NCBI GenBank assembly: GCA_045544435.1
Contig: JAZPZA010000020.1
Location: 16,698-80,697, forward strand
Reading direction: 5' to 3'
DNA from: Acutalibacteraceae bacterium
GTDB taxonomy: Bacteria; Bacillota; Clostridia; Oscillospirales; Acutalibacteraceae
DNA length: 64,000 nt
Shown piece after piece: positions 17,510-27,357 of this stretch; positions within the stretch are counted from its first letter, which is position 1; every line of letters starts with the position of its first letter. A program made the position numbers and the translations under genes. Under the pieces are notes generated by a model. It worked only from the letters and a program-made list of their open reading frames with translations. It was not told where the DNA came from and searched no databases.

Positions 17510-18820
17510 ATGCTGGATATAAAATTTATTTGTGAAAATCCTGATATTGTAAAGGAAAACATAAAGAAAAAATTTAAGGATTCTAAGCTTGCGCTCGTTG
17601 ACGAAGCAATTGCGCTTTATAACGAGAAAAAGGACGCTAATCAGCGTGCAAACGATCTTCGCGCAAACCGCAATAAAATCAGCAAACAAATTGGTATGCT
17701 TATGGCACAAGGCAAGCGCGAAGAGGCTGAGGAAACCAAGAAGCTCGTTACTCAGCAGGCTGAGGAACTAAAAGCGCTTGAAGCACGCGAGGTTGAGCTT
17801 GAGGCTCAGCTTAAAGAAGTGCAAATGAAGATACCAAATATCGTTGACGATAGCGTGCCCGTTGGTCGCGACGATAGCGAGAATGTTGAAGTTTGCCAGT
17901 ATGGCGAGCAGACCAAGGTTGACTTTGAAGTTCCCTACCACACCGATATTATGGCGCTTTTTAATGGTATTGATAAGGAAGCCGCAGGCCGCGTTGCAGG
18001 CGAAGGCTTTTATTACCTTATGGGCGATATTGCGCGTCTTCACTCTGCAGTTACTGCCTATGCGCGTGATTTTATGATAGATAAGGGCTTTACCTATTGC
18101 ATTCCACCCTTTATGATAAGAAGCCGCGTTGTATCAGGCGTTATGAGCTTTGAAGAAATGGACGCTATGATGTATAAAATTGAGGGTGAGGACCTTTATC
18201 TTATAGGTACCTCCGAGCACTCGATGATAGGTAAGTTCATTGATACAATTACTCCCGAAGCCGAGCTGCCGATGACTCTTACAAGCTATTCCCCCTGCTT
18301 CAGAAAGGAAAAGGGCGCTCACGGAATTGAGGAGCGCGGTATTTACAGAATACATCAGTTCGAAAAACAGGAAATGATAGTTATCTGCAAGCCCGAGGAG
18401 AGCATGGAATGGTTTAATAAAATGTGGAGCTACTCAGTTGAGCTTTTCCGCAGTATGGATATTCCTGTTCGCACACTTGAATGCTGCACGGGCGACCTTG
18501 CCGACTTAAAGGTTAAATCCTATGATGTTGAGGCGTGGTCTCCTAAGCAGGGCAAATATTTTGAGGTGTGCTCCTGCTCGAACCTTGGTGACGCGCAGGC
18601 AAGAAGACTTGGCATTCGCATAAAGGCTGAGGACGGCAAAAAATATCTTGCACACACACTCAACAACACTGTTGTGGCACCTCCCAGAATGCTTATCGCA
18701 TTTCTTGAAAACAATCTTTGCTTTGACGGTGAATATTACAGCATAAAGATTCCCGAGGCTCTAAGGCCTTATATGGGTGGCAAGACCGAAATCAAGGCAA
18801 GCAAAAAATATAACGGTTAG
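17510..18820 (+). CDS. serS: Serine--tRNA ligase
   Basis: N-terminal MLDIKFI..NPD.VKENI coiled-coil arm, then the class II core ..CFRKEKGAHG..GIYRIHQFEKQE.. and ..LNNTVVAPPRMLIAFLEN.. Confidence 0.95.
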   Translation: MLDIKFICENPDIVKENIKKKFKDSKLALVDEAIALYNEKKDANQRANDLRANRNKISKQIGMLMAQGKREEAEETKKLVTQQAEELKALEAREVELEAQLKEVQMKIPNIVDDSVPVGRDDSENVEVCQYGEQTKVDFEVPYHTDIMALFNGIDKEAAGRVAGEGFYYLMGDIARLHSAVTAYARDFMIDKGFTYCIPPFMIRSRVVSGVMSFEEMDAMMYKIEGEDLYLIGTSEHSMIGKFIDTITPEAELPMTLTSYSPCFRKEKGAHGIEERGIYRIHQFEKQEMIVICKPEESMEWFNKMWSYSVELFRSMDIPVRTLECCTGDLADLKVKSYDVEAWSPKQGKYFEVCSCSNLGDAQARRLGIRIKAEDGKKYLAHTLNNTVVAPPRMLIAFLENNLCFDGEYYSIKIPEALRPYMGGKTEIKASKKYNG

Positions 18821-18831
18821 GCTGTGACTTT

Positions 18832-19629
18832 ATGGAAGAAAATTTCAATCAAGAGCTTGAGCTTATAACTCCGCAAAACGCAAATAAAAAAAGCATCACA
18901 TGGCTTATTGTTTTTGCGCTTTCCGCTATATTATGCACTGTGGCAATAATAGTGCTTATAACTCATTTGGTTCCCGTGAAAGAAGATTTTGGTGATTTTA
19001 AAAATCCGATTTCCTCCACAGTTACCACCGAAGCACCCGTAAACCCCATAAACTTTGATGCGCTTCAGGTGGAAAATCCTGAGGTTTGCGCATGGATTCA
19101 GGTGGACGGCACCATTATTGACTACCCTGTTTTGCGAAGCGGAATCACCACGGATGAGGATTTCTACCTCGACCATGATATGAACGGCGCACAAAAGAGA
19201 ACTGGAGCTATTTATATTCAGCAGTTGAACGATAAGGATTTTTCAGACCCCAACACCGTAATTTACGGACATAATATGCTCAACGGCACTATGTTTGGAA
19301 CATTGAAGCGCTTCCGCGGTGCAGACTTCTTTGAGCAGAATCGCTATATTTATGTTTATACCCCCGGTCACATTCTCAAATATGAAATCGCTTCGGCGTT
19401 TGTTTATGATGACCGCCATCTTCTGAATTCGTTCCAATTTGAAAACACCGTTGATTATCAAGCTTTTATCGACCAATGCCTTAATCCAACATCGGTTGCG
19501 AAGCGTGTGAGAGAGGGAGTTTCGATTGAAACAACCGACAAGATAATCACCCTTTCAACCTGCACATCTGTTGACACCGAGCGTTATCTCGTTGTGGGTA
19601 AGCTAATAGAAGACACTGTTACAAAGTAA
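18832..19629 (+). CDS. srtB: Class B sortase
   Basis: N-terminal TM anchor. ..IDYPVLRS..DFYLDHD.., ..VIYGHNM.. and the catalytic TLSTC motif are present. Confidence 0.8.
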   Translation: MEENFNQELELITPQNANKKSITWLIVFALSAILCTVAIIVLITHLVPVKEDFGDFKNPISSTVTTEAPVNPINFDALQVENPEVCAWIQVDGTIIDYPVLRSGITTDEDFYLDHDMNGAQKRTGAIYIQQLNDKDFSDPNTVIYGHNMLNGTMFGTLKRFRGADFFEQNRYIYVYTPGHILKYEIASAFVYDDRHLLNSFQFENTVDYQAFIDQCLNPTSVAKRVREGVSIETTDKIITLSTCTSVDTERYLVVGKLIEDTVTK

Positions 19630-19642
19630 AATCCCAAAAAAC

Positions 19643-19680
19643 AAAAAAGGAATGATGGCTAAGCCATCATTCCTTTTTTT
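19643..19680. terminator. Bidirectional terminator between srtB and metA
   Basis: aaaaaaggaatgatggc/gccatcattccttttttt. The metA stop codon lies inside the stem. Confidence 0.75.
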
Positions 19681-20596
19681 CTTTGATTTCATTAATATCA
19701 TAGGGTGTGGTCTGGTAAACAAAATAGTTAAGCCAGTTTGAATACAAAAGATTTGCGTGCGAGCGCCAAGTGACCTGTGGGGGCAGCTCCGGATTATCAT
19801 CAGGGAAATAATTTTCAGGCACCTTTATGGGAAGTCCTGCATTCAGGTCACGAAGGTACTCATTTTTTAAAGTATCTGCATCGTATTCGCTATGCCCTGT
19901 GATAAATATCTGCTTTCCGCCCTCTGTAGCTATGGCATAAATTCCGCACTTTTCCGAAGAAGCTAAAATTTTAAGCTCTTTAACTGCCTCAACATCCTCT
20001 GTTTTAACGGTTGTGTGGCGCGACTGCGGCACCATAAACACATCATCGAAACCGCGGAAGAGTATCGATTTTTTATAATCTGCCTTGTGTGGGAATATAC
20101 CGAAAAGCTTTTCCTTGAGCGGCTGCTTATTTATACCATAGTGATAATAAAGTCCTGCCTGAGCGCCCCAGCAGATATGGAATGTGCTGTGAACATGGGT
20201 TTTGGTCCACTCCATTATCTCGCACAGCTCATCCCAATATTCAACCTCCTCAAAGGGCATCATCTCAACGGGCGCGCCCGTGATAATCATACCGTCAAAG
20301 GTTTTATCCTTAATATCATCAAAGGTCTTATAGAAGGTAAAAAGATGCTCTGCTGAGGTGTTTTTAGACTGATGACTCTTGGTGTGAATAAACTCGAAAT
20401 CCACCTGCAAGGGTGAGTTGCCGAGAAGTCGGGATAACTGGGTTTCGGTTTCTATTTTTTTAGGCATTAAATTGAGCAATAAAATCTTGAGCGGACGGAT
20501 ATCCTGTGTAATGGCACGGGTTTCGGTCATCACAAAAATGTTTTCATCCGCGAGAGTTTTCACTGCGGGAAGGTCGTTAGGTATTTTTATAGGCAT
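19667..20596 (-). CDS. metA: Homoserine O-acyltransferase (MetA family)
   Basis: Starts [23 protein letters not shown]...[14 protein letters not shown] and contains ..[16 protein letters not shown].. Confidence 0.9.
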   Translation of the reverse strand: MPIKIPNDLPAVKTLADENIFVMTETRAITQDIRPLKILLLNLMPKKIETETQLSRLLGNSPLQVDFEFIHTKSHQSKNTSAEHLFTFYKTFDDIKDKTFDGMIITGAPVEMMPFEEVEYWDELCEIMEWTKTHVHSTFHICWGAQAGLYYHYGINKQPLKEKLFGIFPHKADYKKSILFRGFDDVFMVPQSRHTTVKTEDVEAVKELKILASSEKCGIYAIATEGGKQIFITGHSEYDADTLKNEYLRDLNAGLPIKVPENYFPDDNPELPPQVTWRSHANLLYSNWLNYFVYQTTPYDINEIKEKKE

Positions 20597-20620
20597 ATTA
20601 GGCCTCCCTTTTTAAAATAA

Positions 20621-21904
20621 TCAGATATTATCAAGTGCTTGCTTAATATCTGCGATAAGGTCATCGGCATTCTCGATTCCGCAAGAGAAGCGGATAAGGT
20701 CGGGTGAAATTCCTGCCGCCGCCAATTCTTCATCATTCATCTGGCGGTGTGTTGCGTTTGCAGGATGCAAACAACAGCTTCGCGCATCTGCAACATGTGT
20801 TTCAATTGCGGCAAGCTTTAAATTTTTCATAAAGCTTTCAGCAGCCTTTCTACCGCCCTTAACGCCGAAGCTTACAACTCCGCAGCCGCCGTTTGGCAAA
20901 TATTTTTGAGCAAGGTCATAATATTTATCGCCCTCAAGGTTAGGATAGGTTACCCAAGCGATGCGGTCGTCGGCTTTAAGGAATTTTGCAACTGCCAGAC
21001 CGTTTTCGCAGTGCTTTTTCATTCTAAGGTGCAGGCTTTCAAGACCTAAATTTAAAAGAAATGCATTCTGCGGCGACTGAATTGAGCCGAAATCTCTCAT
21101 CAACTGAGCTGTAGCCTTGGTTATATATGCGCCCGCAAGGCCAAAACGCTCGGTATAGGTAACGCCGTGATAGCTTTCATCAGGTGTGCATAGTCCTGGG
21201 AATTTATCGGGATATTTTGTCCAGTCAAATTTACCGCTATCAACTATGCAGCCGCCAACGCCTGCGCCATGACCGTCCATATACTTGGTTGTGGAATGTG
21301 TAACTATATCTGCTCCCCACTCAAACGGACGGCAGTTTACAGGGGTGGCAAAGGTGTTATCAATTATAAGCGGAACACCGTGCGCGTGAGCTGCATTTGC
21401 GAAGCGCTCAATATCAAGCACACTAAGCGCAGGGTTTGCGATGGTCTCGCCGAAAACTGCCTTGGTGTTTTCGCGGAAAGCCGCCTCTAATTCCTCATCT
21501 GAGCAGTCGGGAGAAACAAATGTAAAGTCGATGCCCATACGCTTCATCGTAACGGCGAAAAGATTATATGTGCCGCCATATATAGCAGAGGAGCATACTA
21601 TATGGTCACCGCAGGAAGCGATGTTAAAAACGGAATAAAAGGATGCCGCCTGACCTGAAGAGGTAAGCATTGCGGCGGTACCGCCCTCCATTTCACAAAT
21701 CTTTGCAGCCACACTATCGTTGGTGGGATTCTGAAGTCGGGTATAGAAATATCCCGAAGCCTCTAAATCAAAAAGCTTACCCATATCCTCGCTTGTAGCA
21801 TACTTAAAGGTAGTGCTCTGCACTATCGGTATCTGACGCGGCTCACCGTTTCCTGGGGTATAACCGCCCTGAACACATTTAGTTTCTATGTTAAAATCAC
21901 TCAT
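20621..21904 (-). CDS. metY: O-acetylhomoserine aminocarboxypropyltransferase/sulfhydrylase
   Basis: Start set to ATG 21904 (GGGAGG SD). A Cys/Met-metabolism PLP enzyme, with ..HSTTKYMDGHG.. as the PLP-Lys motif. Confidence 0.9.
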   Translation of the reverse strand: MSDFNIETKCVQGGYTPGNGEPRQIPIVQSTTFKYATSEDMGKLFDLEASGYFYTRLQNPTNDSVAAKICEMEGGTAAMLTSSGQAASFYSVFNIASCGDHIVCSSAIYGGTYNLFAVTMKRMGIDFTFVSPDCSDEELEAAFRENTKAVFGETIANPALSVLDIERFANAAHAHGVPLIIDNTFATPVNCRPFEWGADIVTHSTTKYMDGHGAGVGGCIVDSGKFDWTKYPDKFPGLCTPDESYHGVTYTERFGLAGAYITKATAQLMRDFGSIQSPQNAFLLNLGLESLHLRMKKHCENGLAVAKFLKADDRIAWVTYPNLEGDKYYDLAQKYLPNGGCGVVSFGVKGGRKAAESFMKNLKLAAIETHVADARSCCLHPANATHRQMNDEELAAAGISPDLIRFSCGIENADDLIADIKQALDNI

Positions 21905-21930
21905 ATTAAAACCTCCCATTTTAGAGTTTG

Positions 21931-23316
21931 TTATTTTTTGTTTAAATATTCATCTATTGCGTCTGCAGCGGTTTTACCAGCGCCCATCGCAAGAATAACC
22001 GTTGCGGCGCCTGTTACGGCATCACCGCCTGCATAAACGCCCTGTTTTGTGGTCTTCATATTCTCATCCACAACAAGGCAGCCCCATCGGTTGGCTTCAA
22101 TGCCATGAGTGGTGCTTCGAATTAGCGGATTTGGCGAGGTGCCAAGCGCCATAATAACTGCATCCACATTGATTATAAACTCAGAGCCCTCTATAGCAAC
22201 AGGTCTTCTCCTGCCCGATGCATCGGGCTCGCCAAGCTGCATTCTCACGCACTCAACGCCTGTTACACGGCTGTTTTCATCGGTAACAATGCGAACAGGG
22301 TTGCAAAGGAGTTTAAACTCGATTTCTTCCTCTTTAGCGTGATGAATCTCCTCGCGGCGGGCGGGCATTTCCTCCTCGCCACGGCGGTAGATTATATAAA
22401 CATGCTCAGCGCCCAATCTTTTTGCGCTGCGAGCCGCGTCCATAGCAACATTGCCGCCGCCTACAACCGCCACCGATTTTGAGTGCTTAATCGGTGTATC
22501 ATATTCGGGCAAATATGCCTTCATAAGGTTTATTCGAGTTAAGAACTCGTTAGCAGAATAAACGCCAACGGCTCCCTCGCCCTCAATTCCCATAAACATA
22601 GGAAGACCAGCGCCTGATCCTATGAACACAGCCTCAAAGCCCATTTCCATTATCTCGTCTACCGAGAGCACCTTGCCGATTACCATATCGGTCATAATTT
22701 TTACACCCAAAGCCTCTAAGCCTTTTATCTCGCTCTTAACGATTTCCTTGGGCAGACGGAATTCAGGTATACCATAGATAAGAACACCGCCTGGTGTGTG
22801 GAAGGCTTCAAATATGGTCACATCATAACCTTTTTTAGCAAGGTCGCCAGCGCAGGTAAGACCCGAAGGACCCGCGCCTATAACGGCAACCTTTTTGCCG
22901 TTTTTAGTAATCTCTGGCACTGTCGGCTCACAATTTTCTCTGTAATAATCGGCGGCAAAGCGCTCAAGGCGACCTATTCCTACGCTCTCACCCTTGATGC
23001 CACGAACGCACTTTCCCTCGCACTGACTTTCCTGCGGGCAAACTCTGCCGCAAACCGCGGGCAGAGCGTTTGTTTCGTTTATAGTTTCATAAGCGCCCTT
23101 GAAATCGCCCTCGGCAATTTTTCCTATAAACTCGGGTATTTTAACATTAACGGGACAGCCTGCAACACACGGGCGTGTTTTGCAGTTAAGGCATCTTTTT
23201 GCCTCGGCAATTGCCATTTCGGGGGTATAACCTAATGCTACCTCATCGAAATTTTTGTTTCTTACAGTAGGACACTGAACAGGCATCTCTACCTTTTTGG
23301 GTGACATATCAGCCAT
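21931..23316 (-). CDS. nfnB: GltD-like NADPH-dependent FAD/Fe-S oxidoreductase, NfnB/SudA-type large subunit
   Basis: 461 aa. Cys clusters CLNCKTRPCVAGCP and CGRVCPQESQCEGKC. Dinucleotide folds VAVIGAGPSGL and VAVVGGGNVAMD. Confidence 0.85.
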   Translation of the reverse strand: MADMSPKKVEMPVQCPTVRNKNFDEVALGYTPEMAIAEAKRCLNCKTRPCVAGCPVNVKIPEFIGKIAEGDFKGAYETINETNALPAVCGRVCPQESQCEGKCVRGIKGESVGIGRLERFAADYYRENCEPTVPEITKNGKKVAVIGAGPSGLTCAGDLAKKGYDVTIFEAFHTPGGVLIYGIPEFRLPKEIVKSEIKGLEALGVKIMTDMVIGKVLSVDEIMEMGFEAVFIGSGAGLPMFMGIEGEGAVGVYSANEFLTRINLMKAYLPEYDTPIKHSKSVAVVGGGNVAMDAARSAKRLGAEHVYIIYRRGEEEMPARREEIHHAKEEEIEFKLLCNPVRIVTDENSRVTGVECVRMQLGEPDASGRRRPVAIEGSEFIINVDAVIMALGTSPNPLIRSTTHGIEANRWGCLVVDENMKTTKQGVYAGGDAVTGAATVILAMGAGKTAADAIDEYLNKK

Positions 23317-24136
23317 TATTCTCTACCCCCATTCTGCAAGCGTGTGCTTCCTCTTCACGATAAAAGCTGTTGCGGCGCATAAGCTCATCAAAATCAACGA
23401 GATGACCGTCAAAATCGGGGCCGTCAACACAAGCGAACTTAACCTCGCCGCCAACGCTAACCCTGCAGCCACCGCACATACCCGTTCCGTCTATCATAAC
23501 GGGGTTAAGGCTCACGATTGTTTTAATTCCCTTTTCCTTAGTGGCAAGGGACACAAACTTCATCATAGGTACGGGGCCTATTGCGATAACCAAGTCATAG
23601 GTATCGTTATCGGTAATGCGATTTAAAACATCGGTTACAAAGCCTTTTTCGCCATAAGAGCCATCATCGGTTGTGATATAAAGCTTATGGCTTACTTTTT
23701 TCATTTCCTCCTCAAGGATAACTATGTCCTTTGAACGAAAGCCTGCGATAATTGTGGTATCCACACCCATATTATAAAGCGCCTTTGCCTGCGGATATGC
23801 TATTGCGCAGCCAACGCCACCTCCTATGACTATCGCCTTTTTAGGGGAGCCGAAATGTGTGGGAACACCTAAAGGTCCCACAACATCCTGCACGCTATCC
23901 CCCGCATTTAAAGCGGTGAGACGCTTAGTGGAATAGCCTATTGCTTGCACCACTATTGTAACGGTGCCGGCCTCTCTATCAAAATCGGAAACGGTAAGCG
24001 GTATGCGCTCGCCCATTTCATCTATTCTTACTATAACAAACTGACCTGGCTCAACCTTGCGCGCGATAAACGGCGCTTCCAAGGTGATGCTGGTAACTGC
24101 ATCATTCAATTTTTTCTTTTCCAATATTTTAAACAT
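23309..24136 (-). CDS. nfnA: PyrK-like FAD/[2Fe-2S] small subunit, NfnA/SudB-type
   Basis: Start set to ATG 24136 (AGGTGA SD), 1 nt after the metK stop. MFKILEKKKLND..., C-terminal GTGMCGGCRV...FACVDGP cluster motif. It overlaps the nfnB start by 8 nt. Confidence 0.8.
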   Translation of the reverse strand: MFKILEKKKLNDAVTSITLEAPFIARKVEPGQFVIVRIDEMGERIPLTVSDFDREAGTVTIVVQAIGYSTKRLTALNAGDSVQDVVGPLGVPTHFGSPKKAIVIGGGVGCAIAYPQAKALYNMGVDTTIIAGFRSKDIVILEEEMKKVSHKLYITTDDGSYGEKGFVTDVLNRITDNDTYDLVIAIGPVPMMKFVSLATKEKGIKTIVSLNPVMIDGTGMCGGCRVSVGGEVKFACVDGPDFDGHLVDFDELMRRNSFYREEEAHACRMGVENNG

Positions 24137-24137
24137 A

Positions 24138-25325
24138 TTAATCACCTAAAACCAATTTCTTTAATTCCTCGGCTTTATCGGTTTTCTCCCAGGTAAAGTC
24201 GCTATCCTCTCTGCCCATATGACCGTAATTTGAGGTCTTGCGGTATATCGGGCGACGAAGCTCCAGCTTATCGATTATTGCAGCAGGGCGCAGGTCAAAT
24301 ACCTTTGTTACCGCATTTGCTATAATTTCATCATCCTTAACACCTGTGCCAAAGGTTTCCACCATAACAGATACGGGGCTTGCAACACCGATAGCATACG
24401 CAAGCTGTACCTCGCACTTGCGCGCGAGTCCCGCCGCTACAACATTTTTTGCAACATAGCGTGCAGCATATGCGGCGCTACGGTCAACCTTTGTGGGGTC
24501 CTTTCCTGAAAAGGCGCCGCCGCCGTGGCGAGCCATGCCGCCATAGGTATCAACGATTATCTTTCTGCCTGTAAGTCCCGTATCACCCTGAGGACCGCCG
24601 ATAACAAAGCGACCTGTGGGGTTTATGTATATCTTAGTGTTTTCATCCATAAGATTTTCAGGGATAATCGGCTTTATAACCTTTTCGAGAATGTCTTTTC
24701 TTAAAACTTCAAGGTCTACACTTGCACTGTGCTGACTGGATACAACCACCGCATCAACTCTGGTCGGTACACCGTTATTATATTCAACCGTTACCTGAGT
24801 TTTGCCGTCGGGCTGTAAGTAACTTAGCTCGCCCGATTTTCTAACGCTTGTAAGCTTATAGGACATCTTGTGCGCCAAGGAAATGCTAAGTGGCATAAGC
24901 TCAGGTGTTTCATCGCAAGCGAAGCCAAACATCATACCCTGATCTCCCGCGCCATGGAGATTATACTTATCCTCATCGCCACCTTTAAATTCGAGCGAAT
25001 TATCAACGCCCAAAGCAATATCGGGTGACTGCTTATCAAGGGCTGTTACTATTTCGCAGGTGTTGCCGTCGAAGCAGGAATCCCCGCCAGTATAACCAAT
25101 ATCCCTTAGCACACCGCGAATGATATCGGGTATATCCACCTGAGCAGTAGTGGTAATCTCACCCATAACATTAACTATACCCGTGGTGCAAAAGGTCTCG
25201 CAAGCAACGCGGGAATACTTGTCCGCTTTAAGCATTGCATCGAGTATCGCATCGGAAATCTGGTCACAAACCTTATCGGGATGCCCCTCTGTTACAGATT
25301 CGGATGTAAATAACATTTTAGACAT
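24138..25325 (-). CDS. metK: S-adenosylmethionine synthase
   Basis: [25 protein letters not shown].., ..[12 protein letters not shown].., ..[19 protein letters not shown].. Confidence 0.95.
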   Translation of the reverse strand: MSKMLFTSESVTEGHPDKVCDQISDAILDAMLKADKYSRVACETFCTTGIVNVMGEITTTAQVDIPDIIRGVLRDIGYTGGDSCFDGNTCEIVTALDKQSPDIALGVDNSLEFKGGDEDKYNLHGAGDQGMMFGFACDETPELMPLSISLAHKMSYKLTSVRKSGELSYLQPDGKTQVTVEYNNGVPTRVDAVVVSSQHSASVDLEVLRKDILEKVIKPIIPENLMDENTKIYINPTGRFVIGGPQGDTGLTGRKIIVDTYGGMARHGGGAFSGKDPTKVDRSAAYAARYVAKNVVAAGLARKCEVQLAYAIGVASPVSVMVETFGTGVKDDEIIANAVTKVFDLRPAAIIDKLELRRPIYRKTSNYGHMGREDSDFTWEKTDKAEELKKLVLGD

Positions 25326-25349
25326 TTTAAAAATCCCCCATAAAAATTA

Positions 25350-25482
25350 AAGCCCCTTACCAAAAGATAAGCGGCTTTTAAAAACCTCATCTTTCGGATT
25401 ATCCGCAGGATTTAGCACCTTGAAAAAATCAGGTTGCCGGGTTTCATCGGGCCTGTACCCTCCGCCACTCTTGATAAGGACT
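25350..25482 (-). promoter_or_regulatory. SAM-I (S-box) riboswitch with terminator
   Basis: The minus strand reads cttatcaagagtggcggagggtacaggcccgatgaaacccggcaacc...ggtgctaaatcctgcgg...gaaagatgagg. The terminator aagccgcttatc/gtaaggggctt follows, with T's after it. Confidence 0.85.
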
Positions 25483-25503
25483 GATATTTAATTCACTTGA
25501 TTT

Positions 25504-25532
25504 ATTTTAATACTTTGCTATGTATTTGTCAA
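25504..25532 (-). promoter_or_regulatory. Promoter of the SAM-riboswitch operon
   Basis: On the minus strand: TTGACA (25527-25532), a 17-nt spacer, and TAAAAT (25504-25509). Confidence 0.6.
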
Positions 25533-25535
25533 TAT

Positions 25536-26141
25536 TTAATTTTTCCCTTTTTTACCGTTTTTAAGCAGTGGAGAGAGCCTTTTATAAACCGCAAAGCAAA
25601 TGGCGGCGTCGATAATGCCCTTTGCAAGGTTAAAGGGTAGATTAAAGATAACGAGAGCTTTTATAAGATTATCTACAGCGGGAAGCAGTGCCGAGTACAT
25701 ACCAACTATCACCTTCATCGGCATACCGTAAAACACCTCATAAAAAGGATACACCACAAAATAATTTGTTGCAATGCTCACAACAGCCATTAAAGCAGCG
25801 CCCAAAACGGCGCCCAGTAAAGCGCCCTTTCTTGAACGGTTAAAGCGGTAAACCATGCCGCTTGTTCCCACAAAAACAGCACCAAGCAGAAAATTTGAAA
25901 GCTCCCCTACACCCGCGGTGGAGGTAATAAAAAGATGCAATAGATTTTTAATAAGACACACCACAACTCCCCACACAGGACCTAAGGCATAGGCGGTTAT
26001 AAGTGCGGGTATTTCGGAAAAATCAAACTTTATAAATGACGGTATTATAAACGGCAGTGGAAACTCAAGCAGCATAAGCACAAAGCCCACCGCACCCATC
26101 ACCGCAGTGACCGAAATTTTTCTTATGTTTTCTTTTTTCAT
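25536..26141 (-). CDS. ribU: ECF-transporter S component, riboflavin type (RibU-like)
   Basis: Start set to ATG 26141 (GGAGG SD). Six-TM protein with ..LEFPLPFIIPSFIKFDFSEIPALI.. It lies directly behind an FMN riboswitch. Confidence 0.8.
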   Translation of the reverse strand: MKKENIRKISVTAVMGAVGFVLMLLEFPLPFIIPSFIKFDFSEIPALITAYALGPVWGVVVCLIKNLLHLFITSTAGVGELSNFLLGAVFVGTSGMVYRFNRSRKGALLGAVLGAALMAVVSIATNYFVVYPFYEVFYGMPMKVIVGMYSALLPAVDNLIKALVIFNLPFNLAKGIIDAAICFAVYKRLSPLLKNGKKGKN

Positions 26142-26163
26142 AATTGCCTCCAAAATCAAAAAA

Positions 26164-26320
26164 CGCCCTTGGTATCTCCAAGGGCGAAAACATTAAAAAA
26201 TCAAATTTATCCTCTTTCATCCGGACTATACCGTCGGCTTTGGAATTTCACCAAATCAACCCTTTGGGGGCTCGCAGGCTTTACTGCCGGTGGGGAATTT
26301 CACCCCGCCCTGAAGATTAT
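26164..26320 (-). promoter_or_regulatory. FMN riboswitch (RFN element) with terminator
   Basis: The minus strand reads cttcagggcggggtgaaattccccaccggcagtaaagcctgcgagc...ggtgaaattccaaagccgacggtatagtccggatgaaagagg. The terminator cgcccttgg/ccaagggcg (26164-26186) plus T's follows. Confidence 0.85.
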
Positions 26321-26345
26321 ATTTTGTTAATACTATTATACATTT

Positions 26346-26657
26346 CTATATTATTCTTGTCAAGAACAGAAAGAACAATACTTGCAATATAATTATAATA
26401 GGCAGACCTATCATAAAGCGTTTATGAAGCGTTTTATGGTGGATAATACGCATTGCAATATACATACCCAATGCGCCGCCTATAAGGCTTACTGTAAAGA
26501 GAAGCTTTTCACTGATGCGCCAGGCATTAACCCGCGCTAGATGCTTATCTAAACAACATATAAAAAAGGCGATTATATTTATAAAAGCTAAGTATACCAA
26601 TATGTATTCCAAAAATATCACCAACGATATTTTACAACAATTAAACTGCTTTTTCAA
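26346..26657 (-). CDS. DUF1294-like small membrane protein
   Basis: 103 aa. [42 protein letters not shown] fits that family. It overlaps the sigE stop by 17 nt. Confidence 0.65.
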   Translation of the reverse strand: MKKQFNCCKISLVIFLEYILVYLAFINIIAFFICCLDKHLARVNAWRISEKLLFTVSLIGGALGMYIAMRIIHHKTLHKRFMIGLPIIIILQVLFFLFLTRII

Positions 26658-27333
26658 TCTGTTTTTTTAATTTCCCGATTATTCGCTTTTCAAGGCGGGA
26701 TATGTAGGACTGCGATATACCTAAGGTATCTGCTACCTGCTTTTGGGTGTACTCACAGTAGCCGTTCATACCAAAGCGCATCTCCATTATCTGCCTTTCC
26801 CTTGGTGGCAGGGATGCCACAAAACCCTTTAGCTGATGGCGCTCATCCTCCTGCTCTATCCCTCGACTCACCTCATCACCATCACTGCCGAGTATATCTG
26901 AAAGCAGCAGCTCGTTGCCATCCCAGTCGGTATTAAGAGGCTCATCAATAGATATTTCGTGCCGCTTTGAGGATACCTTTCTAAGATGCATTAGTATTTC
27001 GTTTTCTATACAACGCGAGGCATAGGTAGCAAGCTTTATATTTCTATCGGGGCAGAAGGTGTTCACTGCCTTAATAAGACCTATTGTACCGATAGATATT
27101 AAGTCCTCAATACCTGTGGGGGTGCTATCGAACTTGCGCGCGATATAAACAACAAGCCTTAGATTATGAACTATAAGTTCATTTTTTGCGCTCTCGCTTT
27201 GCTCGTTTAATAGCTGTTGCTCGCGCTCGGCTGTAAGCGGCGGGGGTAGTGTTTCGGGGCCGTTTATATAATAAATCGGCTCTATAAGATTAAGCCTTAT
27301 AAGTATTTTTTGAAGAAGTTTCTTTACATTCAT
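26641..27333 (-). CDS. sigE: Sporulation sigma factor SigE (pro-sigma-E)
   Basis: Near-colinear with B. subtilis SigE: ..[88 protein letters not shown]. It directly follows spoIIGA. Confidence 0.9.
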   Translation of the reverse strand: MNVKKLLQKILIRLNLIEPIYYINGPETLPPPLTAEREQQLLNEQSESAKNELIVHNLRLVVYIARKFDSTPTGIEDLISIGTIGLIKAVNTFCPDRNIKLATYASRCIENEILMHLRKVSSKRHEISIDEPLNTDWDGNELLLSDILGSDGDEVSRGIEQEDERHQLKGFVASLPPRERQIMEMRFGMNGYCEYTQKQVADTLGISQSYISRLEKRIIGKLKKQIEKAV

Positions 27334-27357
27334 ATAAACACCCCATATTTATCGGTT

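Noticed and set aside
17483-17710. 75-aa minus-strand ORF overlapping the serS start
   Set aside because: It is antisense to serS and its promoter, has no SD and is low-complexity and hydrophobic.
26144-26392. 82-aa plus-strand ORF upstream of ribU
   Set aside because: It is antisense to the FMN riboswitch aptamer on the opposite strand, so the conserved RNA explains the region.
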